From Pyrodictium abyssi (GTDB lineage: Archaea; Thermoproteota; Thermoprotei_A; Sulfolobales; Pyrodictiaceae), in assembly GCF_036323395.1 (NCBI RefSeq), contig NZ_AP028907.1, positions 210,001 to 242,000 on the forward strand: 32,000 nucleotides of DNA. Reading direction: 5' to 3'. The notes under the pieces are model-generated. The model was not told the origin of the DNA. It searched no databases and was given only the letters and a program-made list of their open reading frames with translations. Shown here in pieces: positions 1-8,995 of the stretch. Position 1 is the stretch's first letter. Every line of letters starts with the position of its first letter. The translations under genes were made by a program, and so were the position numbers.

Positions 1-731
1 AAAGGCCTCTCGAGTATACCAGGAGTATCGACCATGTAGAACGCTACGTCTCTCACCTTCGTCTTGCCTACTATAACCGTCTTTGTCGTGAAGGGGTATG
101 ACGCCACCTCTGGCTCCGCTGTGGACGCCCTACGCACGAGCGTGGACTTACCGGTACTAGGTATGCCGGCCACGACCACTATCGGCAGCCCTTCGGACAC
201 TATGTGCGTCTGGAGCAGCTCTCTACGCACACGGTCCAACAGTTCAAGCCGTTTGCGAAGCCTACGCACCACGGATAGTATACGGCCGCTCCCTTCCTTA
301 CGCAGTCTAGCAGCCTCGCGCGCATCGGCAGCCGATACTATTAGGAGACGGTACTGGTTCCAGAACTCCTTTATCAGGCGAAGCGACCGGCGTATAGCAC
401 GGAGAGCCTCGTCGTACTCTTCCCCAACGAAGCCCAGTACTAGGGCTCGGTGGAACTCGCTCATCTCACGGGTGGACGGCAAGCGCGCTACACGGAGGAG
501 CCTCGAGTAGGAGACGTTGAACACTACTTCTAGCCTCTTAAGCTCGAACTCTATTCGGCCGGGCAGGCCGCGGCGCCGCGGCCTAACCTTACGGTACCGC
601 TCCCCTACAACCCTGACTATTTCCTCGGAGCTGTAGACGTGTGTCTCCTTAAGCCTCTTAACGGTCTCAGCGAGCTTGAGCATTTCCCGGTGCCGCCGGA
701 GCCACGGCAGCTCCTCATGCTGTACTGCCAT
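1..731 (-). CDS. NOG1-family GTP-binding protein, N-terminal ~243 codons; the 3' end lies beyond the window start
   Basis: Absent from the ORF track because there is no stop codon inside the window. Hand translation of the reverse strand from ATG at 731 gives MAVQHEELPWLRRHREMLKLAETVKRLKE... and later ...GLPIVVVAGIPSTGKSTLVRRASTAEPEVASYPFTTKTVIVGKTKVRDVAFYMVDTPGILERP. This contains a P-loop (GxxxxGKS), a G2 motif (YPFTT) and a G3 motif (DTPG) after a ~190-aa helical N-domain, as in archaeal NOG1-like GTPases. The GKS codons are in frame with 731. In-frame TAA/TGA at 771-776 bounds the start, with GTG alternatives at 743 and 761. Confidence 0.8.
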   Translation of the reverse strand, partial: MAVQHEELPWLRRHREMLKLAETVKRLKETHVYSSEEIVRVVGERYRKVRPRRRGLPGRIEFELKRLEVVFNVSYSRLLRVARLPSTREMSEFHRALVLGFVGEEYDEALRAIRRSLRLIKEFWNQYRLLIVSAADAREAARLRKEGSGRILSVVRRLRKRLELLDRVRRELLQTHIVSEGLPIVVVAGIPSTGKSTLVRRASTAEPEVASYPFTTKTVIVGKTKVRDVAFYMVDTPGILERP

Positions 732-961
732 TAACGCCCCCACAGCTCCAACAGAAGCCACGACCCCCCTTATCAAGAACACCTCCGTGAACCGGGCTGC
801 AGAGTGTATCCTATGGAGGAGCTGGGGCAAGTAGCGACGACTACGCATAGGAGTGCGAATGCGAGAAGAGAGCACAGAGGTACCAGAGGAGACTCGTGGA
901 GCTTCGCACAGCATCCGGTGGCTGGGGGCATAGGCCTGGTAAGATCCCCAGGGGCCGCGGG

Positions 962-2320
962 CTACTCTACCTTGGGGAGGTAGCTTAGGTCTATCTTCTC
1001 GGGCTCAGCGTCGCGCAGCTGGCCCTCCAGGTAGTCCTGGTAGCCCTTGAGGTCTAGCAGGCCGTGCCCGCTTAGGTTGAAGAGTATCGTTATCCTCTCG
1101 CCGCGCTTCTTAGCCTCCAGCGCCACGTCGATAGCAGCCTTGACTGCGTGGGCACTCTCCGGAGCCGGTATGATGCCCTCTGTGCGGGCGAAGAACACCG
1201 CGGCCTCGAACACCTCAGTCTGCTTGTAGGCCACTGGCTCGACAATGCCGTGGTTTACTAGTATGCTGAGAGTCGGGGCTACGCCATGGTATCGGAGCCC
1301 ACCCGCGTGTATCGGTGGTGGCACGAACCGGTGGCCTATCGTGTGCATCTTGAGGAGAGGCGTCATGCCGGCAGTGTCGCCGAAGTCGTAGCGGTACTCG
1401 CCGCGCGTCATGCTCGGCGCTGCGCGCGGCTCCACGGCTATGAAGCGTGCCTCCGTCTTGCCGCGAAGCCTATCATAGATGAACGGGTAGGCGAGGCCAG
1501 CGTAGTTGCTACCACCGCCTACAGCGCCTATGACTACGTCGGGGTACTCGCCTAGGGCTTCTAGCTGCCGCTTAGCTTCAAGCCCTATCACGGTCTGGTG
1601 AAGGAGCACGTGGTTCAGCACACTGCCCAGACTGTACTTGGTGTCGGGATTCTTCAGGGCGTCCTCTATGGCCTCGCTTATCGCTATGCCTAGGCTACCA
1701 GGGTTGTCCGGGTCCTTCTCGAGTATCTTCCTACCAGCCTCGGTGTACGGGCTAGGACTCGGCACCACCTCCGCCCCATAGGTCTGCATGACTATGCGCC
1801 GGTAGGGCTTCTGCTCGTAGCTGATCCGGACCATGTATACCCGGACCTTGAGCCCGAACATAGCGCCCGCTAGGGCTAGCGCCGAGCCCCACTGGCCCGC
1901 GCCAGTCTCGGTGGTAAGCCTCTTAGTGCCCTCGAGGCGGTTATAGTAGGCCTGCGCCAGCGCCGTGTTTATCTTATGGCTACCCGTGGGCAACACACCC
2001 TCATACTTGAAGTATATCTTGGCTGGCGTGCCCAGCGCTTCTTCGAGCCTACGGGCCCGGAGGAGTGGGGTAGGCCTGCCTATCTCGAGGTAGATGCTGC
2101 GCAGCTCCTCGGGGATCTCTATCCAGCGCTCTGTCGAAGTCTCCTGCTCGACGAGGCTACGCGGGAATATCGCCTCGAGCTCCTTGGGAGATACTATGCT
2201 TCCGTCTGGCTTTCTCGGCGGCGGTAGAGGCTCCGGGAGGTCGGGCAGTATATTGTACCACTTATCGGGGAGAATATCCTCCGTCTGGGGTGCTCTTAGG
2301 CCCCGCGTCAGCATTACCAC
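962..2320 (-). CDS. trpB2: TrpB2-type tryptophan synthase beta-like PLP enzyme
   Basis: 452-aa ORF. It has the N-terminal extension typical of TrpB2 ([19 protein letters not shown]), the PLP-lysine block [17 protein letters not shown], and GGGSNYAG. No trpA is adjacent. The start is GTG 2320 or ATG 2314. Confidence 0.9.
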   Translation of the reverse strand: MVMLTRGLRAPQTEDILPDKWYNILPDLPEPLPPPRKPDGSIVSPKELEAIFPRSLVEQETSTERWIEIPEELRSIYLEIGRPTPLLRARRLEEALGTPAKIYFKYEGVLPTGSHKINTALAQAYYNRLEGTKRLTTETGAGQWGSALALAGAMFGLKVRVYMVRISYEQKPYRRIVMQTYGAEVVPSPSPYTEAGRKILEKDPDNPGSLGIAISEAIEDALKNPDTKYSLGSVLNHVLLHQTVIGLEAKRQLEALGEYPDVVIGAVGGGSNYAGLAYPFIYDRLRGKTEARFIAVEPRAAPSMTRGEYRYDFGDTAGMTPLLKMHTIGHRFVPPPIHAGGLRYHGVAPTLSILVNHGIVEPVAYKQTEVFEAAVFFARTEGIIPAPESAHAVKAAIDVALEAKKRGERITILFNLSGHGLLDLKGYQDYLEGQLRDAEPEKIDLSYLPKVE

Positions 2321-2392
2321 GCGACACCACGACAGAAGACGGGCCCACAGAAATACCAGTATTTGGTCGTTTCCATGCCGGGCTAGGAGTGG

Positions 2393-3703
2393 TCACATCT
2401 TCCTCTTGTCTATTATCCTCTTAGCTTTGCCGCCCTCCTGGCGTGGAAGCTCGCCGGGGTCGACCACCTGCACCCTCGGGTTTATCATGAGTACCTCGTG
2501 TAGCCTGTACTGTAGCTCTGACGCCAGGCGCTGCTTCTCCTCCTCGCTCATCTTCTTAGCTGCTTCTACTACCACATACATCCGGTCAAGGTTGCCCTCA
2601 CGCTCCACTATTATCTGGTAGTGGTGGTTAACCCTAGGCTCGCTCAGCAAGACCTCCTCTACAGCCGATGGGAACACGTTCACGCCGTTTATTATCAACA
2701 TGTCGTCAGCCCGACCCATTATCCTGCCTATCCGCCTCATGTTCCTCCCACAGTCGCAGCTTATGCTATCGTACATGAAGGTGAGGTCGTTAGTCCAGTA
2801 GCGTATAAGCGGCATCGCGTCGTGCGTGAGCGGTGTGACCACGAGTACACCCTTCTCCTCGGGCTCCACGGGCTCGCCGGTCTTCGGGTCAACTACCTCG
2901 ACTAGGTAGTGGTCCTCCCAGACGTGGAGCCCGTCGTGAAGGTGGCACTCTATCGCGGTACCTGGGCCGTAGAGCTCGCTCATACCGTAGATGTCGTAGC
3001 TCTCCATGTCCCATATCCTGTTTATGCGCTTCCTCAGCTCCTCGCTCCACATCTCTGCGCCGAATATACCGGTCCTCAGCTTGGTGTCCCTAGCCGGGTC
3101 TACGCCCATCTCCATGGCTACCTCTGCCAGCCTGAGGGCGTAGTTCGGCACCGCGCCGAGGACCGTCGCGCCGAGGTCCCGTATCATCATGACATGCCGC
3201 TGTGTGAAGCCCGTGCCTGCTGGCACTGCGAGGGCGCCGAGCTTCTGCGCGCCGTAGTGGAAGCCTAGGCCCCCGGTGAACCAGTGGTAGCCGAGCGCGA
3301 TGTAGACTATATCCTCGCTGGTAACCCCCGCTGCCGCGAAGCTGCGGGCCATTAGCTCAGCCCAGTTCTCTATGTCCCTGCGGGTGTAGCCTACTACTGT
3401 TGGCTTCCCGGTGGTGCCGCTGCTAGCGTGTATCTCCACTATCTCGCTGAGCGGTACAGCGAAGAGCCCGTAGGGGTAGTTCTCGCGGAGATCGTTCTTC
3501 ACCGTGAACGGCAGCTTGCGTACATCCTCGAGCGTCTTTATGTCCTCGGGCCTAACTCCGGCCTCCTTGAGCTTCCTGTGGTAGAAGGGCACCCGCTCGT
3601 AGGCCCTCTTCACTGTCTCGCGTAGCCGTTGCAGCTGGAGCTTCTCTATCTCCTCGCGGCTAGCCCGCTCGATGGGGTGTAGTATCCTAGGCTTCCCCGC
3701 CAT
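2393..3703 (-). CDS. paaK: Phenylacetate-CoA ligase family enzyme (PaaK-like AMP-forming aryl-acid CoA ligase)
   Basis: The ORF reads MAGKPRILHPIERASREEIEKLQLQRLRETVKRAYERVPFYHRKLKEAG...VEIHASSGTTGKPTVVGYT, which carries the adenylate-forming SSGTTGKPT motif. The track ORF starts at 3742, but the PaaK-like N-terminus fits ATG at 3703. Confidence 0.85.
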   Translation of the reverse strand: MAGKPRILHPIERASREEIEKLQLQRLRETVKRAYERVPFYHRKLKEAGVRPEDIKTLEDVRKLPFTVKNDLRENYPYGLFAVPLSEIVEIHASSGTTGKPTVVGYTRRDIENWAELMARSFAAAGVTSEDIVYIALGYHWFTGGLGFHYGAQKLGALAVPAGTGFTQRHVMMIRDLGATVLGAVPNYALRLAEVAMEMGVDPARDTKLRTGIFGAEMWSEELRKRINRIWDMESYDIYGMSELYGPGTAIECHLHDGLHVWEDHYLVEVVDPKTGEPVEPEEKGVLVVTPLTHDAMPLIRYWTNDLTFMYDSISCDCGRNMRRIGRIMGRADDMLIINGVNVFPSAVEEVLLSEPRVNHHYQIIVEREGNLDRMYVVVEAAKKMSEEEKQRLASELQYRLHEVLMINPRVQVVDPGELPRQEGGKAKRIIDKRKM

Positions 3704-3813
3704 GTTGTCCACCATGTCCAGTGTGCTGCAAAGGAGGCACATGTGGTCCTGGAGGCCAGAGCGTCTAGAATACTTGGGACTGCTTAAATTTTGCCCCCTA
3801 CAAGCCCACCGCT

Positions 3814-3825
3814 AAAATATTTAAG
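3814..3825 (+). promoter_or_regulatory. Candidate archaeal TATA box for the small-ORF/symporter transcript
   Basis: The sequence aaaatatttaag lies in the divergent paaK/symporter intergenic region, about 25-30 nt upstream of GTG 3849. That spacing would give a leaderless or near-leaderless start. A mirror candidate for paaK (aaaatttaag on the minus strand) lies at 3784-3793. Confidence 0.35.
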
Positions 3826-3848
3826 AGAAGAAGCCTGGTGGGCAAGAT

Positions 3849-3980
3849 GTGGGGCTAGCAGCCGTGACAGGCATAGTTCTGGCCCTTGTTATAGGCTTCG
3901 CGGCAGTCCTAGTCGGCCTCGCCTACAGCTTCTCCAGGGGCAGCGACGAGGCCCCTACAACCATTACGCCTAGCAAGTAG
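3849..3980 (+). CDS. Candidate 43-aa single-pass membrane peptide upstream of the symporter
   Basis: Hand translation gives (GTG)MGLAAVTGIVLALVIGFAAVLVGLAYSFSRGSDEAPTTITPSK*. There is one clear hydrophobic helix. The ORF ends 21 nt before the symporter ATG, which has its own GGGGGTGA ribosome-binding site. It is too short for the ORF track, and an alternative GTG start exists at 3864. Confidence 0.35.
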   Translation: MGLAAVTGIVLALVIGFAAVLVGLAYSFSRGSDEAPTTITPSK

Positions 3981-4001
3981 AGCCGGGGGTGAAACTGGAC
4001 A

Positions 4002-5390
4002 ATGATATCTGAGAGCGTTATAGCAGCGTATCTGGCTGCAAGCCTCGCCCTCGGCGCCGCTTTCAAATCGAAAGCAGATACTATCCAGGGCTTTCTTGTA
4101 GCGAATAGGGAGATAGGAAACTGGCTACTAGCATTCACTTTTGGTGCAACATACTTCTCGAGCGTAGTCATAGTAGTTGGCGGCGCATGGGCATACATGT
4201 GGGGCCAGGCTAGCCTAATAATACCGGTCTTCAACGTCGTCCTTGGCGCACTCGCGACCTTCATACTCTTCGGCCAGAGGATAAACCAGCTCAGCAAGAT
4301 ACACGACGCGCTCACAGTCCCAGAGCTCTTCGGCAAGATATACTCCAGCAGAGGACTTCAGAGGCTACTCGGCCTAATGACCGCGATTGGTCTCACACTC
4401 TACGCTGCCACAGTGATAAGCGGCGCAGCCGCTATGGTAGGCACCGTGTTCCACATAGACCTGGCGCTCGCAGCCTTCATAATAGCCGCGCTCATGGCTA
4501 TCTATGTAGCGCTCGGCGGGATGTACAGCGTAGTATGGACCGACACCCTGCAAGGCCTGATGATGGCCAGCGGCGTAGCCGCGCTCCTAGCCATATCACT
4601 GGGCAGAGTCGGCGGCATGACAGCGCTAGAGGCCGCTAAACCAGCACTCCCTCCAGAGAGGATAAACATGCGCCTCATATTCGACCTGGCGCTGCTGACT
4701 AGTGTAGCTGTATGGGGGCTCCCGCAGCTCGTAAACAGGTTCTATACGGCCCGGGGTCCCGGCGTAGTACGTCGGGCAACTGGCATAGCGACACTCTTCG
4801 CCTTCATAGTAACGTACAGCAGCTTCCTCTCCGGCTTAGCCGCCGCCGAGCTACTACGCAGCAACCCGCCAGCGGACCCGCTAAAGGCCATACCCACACT
4901 AGCCAGCATGGTGCTAGGCCCTATAGGCGCAGCAGTGTTCTCTGGCGCAGTACTCGCAGCAGCAATGAGCACCGCAGACTCCATAGCGTTGACGACCGGC
5001 AGCGCTGTGGTGTACGATGTGCTCGGCATAAGGAGCACCAGGGCTCTACGCGCTGCCAGCTTCCTCGCGATGATAGCCGCCGCCGTTATAGCCGTGGCCA
5101 CGCTCTCCCTGCCAAAGGAGCTGGCACACGCTGTAACAACTATATTCAAGACCGGCTGGACTCTAACCGCCGGCGCCTTCCTAGCACCAGTAGTGGCCAC
5201 AGTACTGGGGGCCAGGAGTAGAGAAGCTGTAGTAGCGTCCGCCGTCGCGGGCGCCAGCACCGCCCTAGCATACGGCGTAGCCAAGGCGGCACGTGTCGTG
5301 CTACCGCTAGCCGACATGAGCTTCGCCATAACAGTGCTAGTGTCATTCACGGTGTACGCTGTAGCCTACCTGGCTACGCGCAGACGGTAG
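4002..5390 (+). CDS. Sodium:solute symporter (SSS) family transporter
   Basis: 462 aa and highly hydrophobic, with roughly 12-13 predicted helices. The N-terminus (...ADTIQGFLVANREIGNWLLAFTFGATYFSSVVIVVGGAWAYMWG) matches the SSS family pattern. The overlapping ORFs 4712-5221(+) and 4742-5350(-) are composition artefacts. Confidence 0.85.
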   Translation: MISESVIAAYLAASLALGAAFKSKADTIQGFLVANREIGNWLLAFTFGATYFSSVVIVVGGAWAYMWGQASLIIPVFNVVLGALATFILFGQRINQLSKIHDALTVPELFGKIYSSRGLQRLLGLMTAIGLTLYAATVISGAAAMVGTVFHIDLALAAFIIAALMAIYVALGGMYSVVWTDTLQGLMMASGVAALLAISLGRVGGMTALEAAKPALPPERINMRLIFDLALLTSVAVWGLPQLVNRFYTARGPGVVRRATGIATLFAFIVTYSSFLSGLAAAELLRSNPPADPLKAIPTLASMVLGPIGAAVFSGAVLAAAMSTADSIALTTGSAVVYDVLGIRSTRALRAASFLAMIAAAVIAVATLSLPKELAHAVTTIFKTGWTLTAGAFLAPVVATVLGARSREAVVASAVAGASTALAYGVAKAARVVLPLADMSFAITVLVSFTVYAVAYLATRRR

Positions 5391-5569
5391 AACGCGGAGG
5401 AGCAGCAAAAGGAGTCCCTCCCCCACAAATACGCTCTACTTTTCCACAGAATATTCGCCTACAGCCCTATACCTCTCGGGAGGGTTTTCTCGCGCAGCAG
5501 CCATCCCAGGAGTAAGCCCCTTATTCTCCCACCAGGCATGCGTGTTAACTCCTTGAATAAGCGTCCTGG

Positions 5570-7537
5570 GTGGATGCAGTGCCCCGCTACTCGGAGGTGC
5601 TAGCCCCTGCCGGCGGGAAGGTGCTAATGCTCGGCAACGTGGCTATAGCCCGCGGTTTCCTCGAAGCCGGGGTCCAGTTCGTAGCCGCCTACCCGGGCAC
5701 CCCTAGCACTGAGGTGGTTGAGGCACTAGCAGCCGCGGCTAGGAGGCTCGGCGGCAGGCCCTACGTCGAGTGGAGCGTCAACGAGAAGGTGGCCCTCGAG
5801 GCCGCTCTCGGCGCCGCTATTACCGGGGTACGAGCCGTCGCCGTCATGAAGCACGTGGGCCTCAACGTGGCGGCTGACCCGTTCTTTAGCAGTGCCTACC
5901 TCGGTGTCGAAGGCGCTCTCGTAGTGGTGTCGGCCGACGACCCGTGGATGTGGAGTAGCCAGAACGAGCAGGATAACCGCTGGTACGGGCTCCACGCCTA
6001 TGTACCCGTGGTCGAGCCGACGGGCCCACAGGACGCGAAAGAGGCGGCCAAGCTCGCGCTAGAGTACAGCGCCCGGTATAAGAGGCCGTTCCTCCTCCGC
6101 TCGACCACGAGGATATCCCATACACGCGTCCCCGTCGAGACGGGCGCGATCCCGGTCGAGGAGCTGGAACCGCGCGGAGACTTCTCCAAGAACCCGGCGC
6201 GCTGGACACTCATACCACAGTACGCCAGGATGCACCGGCTAGAGCTGCTCGAGGCCTGGGATCGTCTACGCCGCGAGCTCGCAGGGTTCCCGCTGAACCG
6301 TGTAGAGGGCAGCGGCCCGGTAGCCGTGGTGGCCCCGGGGCTGGGGTACCGGTACGCCCGTGAGGCTGTCAAGCTGCTCGGCGCCGAGGACGAGGTCACG
6401 ATCTACGCCGTGGCCACGCCCGTACCGCTACCCGAACCCTTGGCCGAGAAGATACTCTCCCACGACATGGTCCTCGTGGTTGAGGAGGGCGACCCCATCG
6501 TAGAGATCCAGCTTAAGACCATGGCCGTGGAGGTGGATGCTCGCACCCGGATATTGGGCAAGCGCGGCGCCCAGGGGCTGCTACCGCGCCACGGGGAGCT
6601 AGGCCTCGAGAAGGTAGCTGCAGCTCTCGCCAAGGTGCTCGGGAGGGAGCTACCAGCCTGGACCCGTGGAGAGCGCCGGGAGCCTGGCGTGAAGTTACCG
6701 CCGCGCCCGCCGGTTCTCTGCGCCGGGTGCCCATACCGTAGCTTCTTCTACGCTCTGCGCCGTGCCGCTAACAAGCTGAGGCTACGCCCGGTCTACAGCG
6801 GCGATATAGGCTGCTATAGCCTGGGCATACTGCCTCCCTTCGAGGTGCAGGACATTATTGTTGACATGGGCGCCAGCATAGGCTCTGGCAGCGGCATGGC
6901 ACACACACTGACCGGCGGCGGGAGAGTTGTTGTGGCCATAATAGGGGACTCGACCTTCTACCACAGCGGCGTCACTGCGCTTATGAACGCCGTGTATAAC
7001 CAGTCACCTCTACTCGTTGTTGTCCTCGACAACCACACCACCGCCATGACCGGGCACCAGCCGCACCCGGGCGTCGGCGTAGACGCTGAGGGGCGAGCGG
7101 CGCCCGAGATAAGGGTCGAGGAAGTGGCCCGAGGTATAGGCGTCGAGAAGATACTCGTCAGCGACGCCTTCGACATACGCGACTCGGAAGCTAAGCTCAT
7201 CGAGGCGCTCCGCTACACCATCGAGACCAGGAAGCCCGCTGTAGTCGTAGCTAGGGGGGCATGTATACTCGTAGCACTCCAGCAGGCACGCCGCCGCGGC
7301 ATAAAGCCGCCAACGTACTACGTTGACCCGGAGAAGTGTACAGCCTGCGGCATCTGCTACAAAGCGTTCAACTGCCCCGCGATACAGCGCGGCGAGGACG
7401 GCAAGGCCGTGATAGACCCCGCGCTCTGCACCGGCTGCGCCGAGTGTGTACAGGTATGCCCGTTCGACGCCTTCAAGCCTAGCCAGGAGCCCCCCGAGGA
7501 GTGGACAGTCATAATGAGGACGGCTAAGCCCGCCTAG
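5570..7537 (+). CDS. iorA: Indolepyruvate:ferredoxin oxidoreductase alpha subunit
   Basis: 655 aa. Supporting blocks are LMLGNVAIARGFLEAGVQFVAAYPGTPSTE, the TPP-binding GDIGCY...GDSTFYHSG, and a C-terminal 2x[4Fe-4S] domain (CTACGICYKAFNCP...CTGCAECVQVCP). Confidence 0.92.
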   Translation: MDAVPRYSEVLAPAGGKVLMLGNVAIARGFLEAGVQFVAAYPGTPSTEVVEALAAAARRLGGRPYVEWSVNEKVALEAALGAAITGVRAVAVMKHVGLNVAADPFFSSAYLGVEGALVVVSADDPWMWSSQNEQDNRWYGLHAYVPVVEPTGPQDAKEAAKLALEYSARYKRPFLLRSTTRISHTRVPVETGAIPVEELEPRGDFSKNPARWTLIPQYARMHRLELLEAWDRLRRELAGFPLNRVEGSGPVAVVAPGLGYRYAREAVKLLGAEDEVTIYAVATPVPLPEPLAEKILSHDMVLVVEEGDPIVEIQLKTMAVEVDARTRILGKRGAQGLLPRHGELGLEKVAAALAKVLGRELPAWTRGERREPGVKLPPRPPVLCAGCPYRSFFYALRRAANKLRLRPVYSGDIGCYSLGILPPFEVQDIIVDMGASIGSGSGMAHTLTGGGRVVVAIIGDSTFYHSGVTALMNAVYNQSPLLVVVLDNHTTAMTGHQPHPGVGVDAEGRAAPEIRVEEVARGIGVEKILVSDAFDIRDSEAKLIEALRYTIETRKPAVVVARGACILVALQQARRRGIKPPTYYVDPEKCTACGICYKAFNCPAIQRGEDGKAVIDPALCTGCAECVQVCPFDAFKPSQEPPEEWTVIMRTAKPA

Positions 7538-7549
7538 AGGTGAGGCAGC

Positions 7550-8140
7550 GTGGCCAGGGCGCTCAACCTAGTAGTGACGGGCGTGGGGGGCCAGGGCCTC
7601 ATAACACTGTCATCCATAGTTGCTAGGGCCGCGCTACGCCGCGGCGTAGACGCCCTCGTCGCAGAGACCCACGGGCTCAGCCAGAGAGGCGGCACCGTGA
7701 TAGTGCACGTGAGGCTAGGCGACGTGGACGCACCCCTAGTACCGCCGGGCGGAGCCGACGCGATACTAGCAATGGAGCTCATAGAGGCTGTGAGGTACCT
7801 GGGCTACTTGCGCCCAGGCGGCACCGTAGTGCTCAACGACTATCTCGTCCCCCCGCCCCTCCCCGGGATAGAGACCCCCTCCGCCTCCAGCCTGCTCGAC
7901 GCCATACGTAGACGCGCAGGCAGGATAGTAATTGTGCCCGCTACGAGGAAAGCCCTAGAGCTAGGCGACGCCCGCGTAGCAAACATGGTCCTGCTCGGCG
8001 CCGCGCTAGAGGCAGGAGTATTCAACGGCTTCATAGACGCGGCCGCAGTGGAGGAGGCGATCCGCGAGTCCTGGCCAAAAGCCGCCGAGGTTAACCTGGC
8101 AGCGCTGCGCGCCGGCCGCGCCCTAGCCAAGAGCAGCTGA
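7550..8140 (+). CDS. iorB: Indolepyruvate:ferredoxin oxidoreductase beta subunit
   Basis: 196 aa. LNLVVTGVGGQGLITLSSIVARAA...ETHGLSQRGG is the characteristic gamma-type domain of 2-oxoacid:ferredoxin oxidoreductases. The gene lies immediately downstream of iorA and uses a GTG start. Confidence 0.9.
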   Translation: MARALNLVVTGVGGQGLITLSSIVARAALRRGVDALVAETHGLSQRGGTVIVHVRLGDVDAPLVPPGGADAILAMELIEAVRYLGYLRPGGTVVLNDYLVPPPLPGIETPSASSLLDAIRRRAGRIVIVPATRKALELGDARVANMVLLGAALEAGVFNGFIDAAAVEEAIRESWPKAAEVNLAALRAGRALAKSS

Positions 8141-8165
8141 CCCCCCGGGCCCTTGTTTCACCCCT

Positions 8166-8816
8166 CTATTCTACCCGGACCAGCCTCCCCGACTCTATCA
8201 CGAATGTTGTGAATTCCTGGAGCGCGTCTACAGCACCCTTCTGGGGAGACGTGGCCAGCACGGCCATGCCTCTACGCAGCAGCTCCCTCATCAGCCCGCT
8301 GAGGGCTTCTACAGCCGCATCATCCAGCCCCGTGAACGGCTCATCTATGACCAGTGCCCTGGGCCTGTGCAGTAGGGCACGGGCTATGTTGGCTCTCTTC
8401 TTCCAGCCAAAGCTTAGGTCTCCCGCTCTTGTGTCCAAGTAGCGGCGAAGACCTAGAACTTCGACTACCTCGTCCTCCTCCGGGCTATACTCTACGCCGT
8501 GGAGCCGGGCGTAGTACGCCAGATTCTCCCTGACCGTAAGCTCGTCATAGAGTAGACTGTGGTGCAGGACTACCCCGAGAGCCCGGCGCGCTTCAGGGAG
8601 GTAGGGCGGGCGCCCCTCCACGAGGACCGTGCCGCGGCTTGGCCTCGTAAGCCCTACTAGTATACGCAGGAGAGTGGTTTTACCCGAGCCATTCGGCCCT
8701 ATAACCAGCACGCCTTGCCCCGGCCTGCTACAGAGGCTGACGCCGCGTAGTACCCAGCCACGGTTCCAGTCATACCGCTTCCACACGTCCTTGGCCTCTA
8801 GCACACAGTCGCTCAA
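8166..8816 (-). CDS. ccmA: ABC transporter ATPase, probable CcmA (haem exporter/release ATPase)
   Basis: 216 aa with Walker A (GPNGSGKTT), signature (LSFGWKKR) and Walker B (LVIDEP) motifs. It is a single ATPase domain with no adjacent permease. The CcmA assignment comes from its size and its position at the end of the ccm/cytochrome island. The start is TTG 8816, or a GTG 12 nt further in. Confidence 0.6.
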   Translation of the reverse strand: MSDCVLEAKDVWKRYDWNRGWVLRGVSLCSRPGQGVLVIGPNGSGKTTLLRILVGLTRPSRGTVLVEGRPPYLPEARRALGVVLHHSLLYDELTVRENLAYYARLHGVEYSPEEDEVVEVLGLRRYLDTRAGDLSFGWKKRANIARALLHRPRALVIDEPFTGLDDAAVEALSGLMRELLRRGMAVLATSPQKGAVDALQEFTTFVIESGRLVRVE

Positions 8817-8947
8817 GGCTCCGCCCCCGGTAGAGTCACAGAGCCGGCGCTCTATAACGCATGGGTTTCTCAGAACAAAGGGCTACTAGGCAGCGTAGCT
8901 TCCGGGCGCGGAAGAGGAGGGAAGAAGCGGAGCTGGCGGCTACTGGG

Positions 8948-8977
8948 CCTCTAGGCCCCTAGAGGATTAGGAAAAAA
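8948..8977 (-). terminator. T6 tract plus 8-bp palindrome downstream of the monohaem cytochrome gene
   Basis: On the minus strand the stop codon at 8996 is followed by TTTTTT (plus-strand A-run 8972-8977). Next comes CCTCTAGG-GG-CCTAGAGG (8948-8965). Oligo-T tracts are the known archaeal termination signal. Confidence 0.35.
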
Positions 8978-8995
8978 CTAGGCGGCAGGACGCGG

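Noticed and set aside
64-510. 148-aa plus-strand ORF (Ser/Arg-rich)
   Set aside because: It lies antisense to a clear NOG1-type GTPase reading frame that is open across 1-731 on the minus strand. Its composition is typical of an off-frame artefact in GC-rich DNA.
732-961. 230-nt GC-rich gap between trpB2 and the GTPase gene as a possible ncRNA
   Set aside because: I could recognise no conserved RNA motif or convincing stem-loop. The only ORF (~50 aa, Arg-rich) looks spurious, and the gap probably contains just the GTPase promoter.
4712-5350. Two overlapping ORFs (169 aa on plus, 202 aa and 66 aa on minus) inside the symporter gene
   Set aside because: They are Arg/Ser/Ala-rich, carry no motifs, and are fully nested in a well-supported membrane transporter frame.
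5726-7782. A series of 60-133-aa minus-strand ORFs across iorA/iorB
   Set aside because: They are antisense to high-confidence IOR genes and have low-complexity Pro/Arg/Ser composition.
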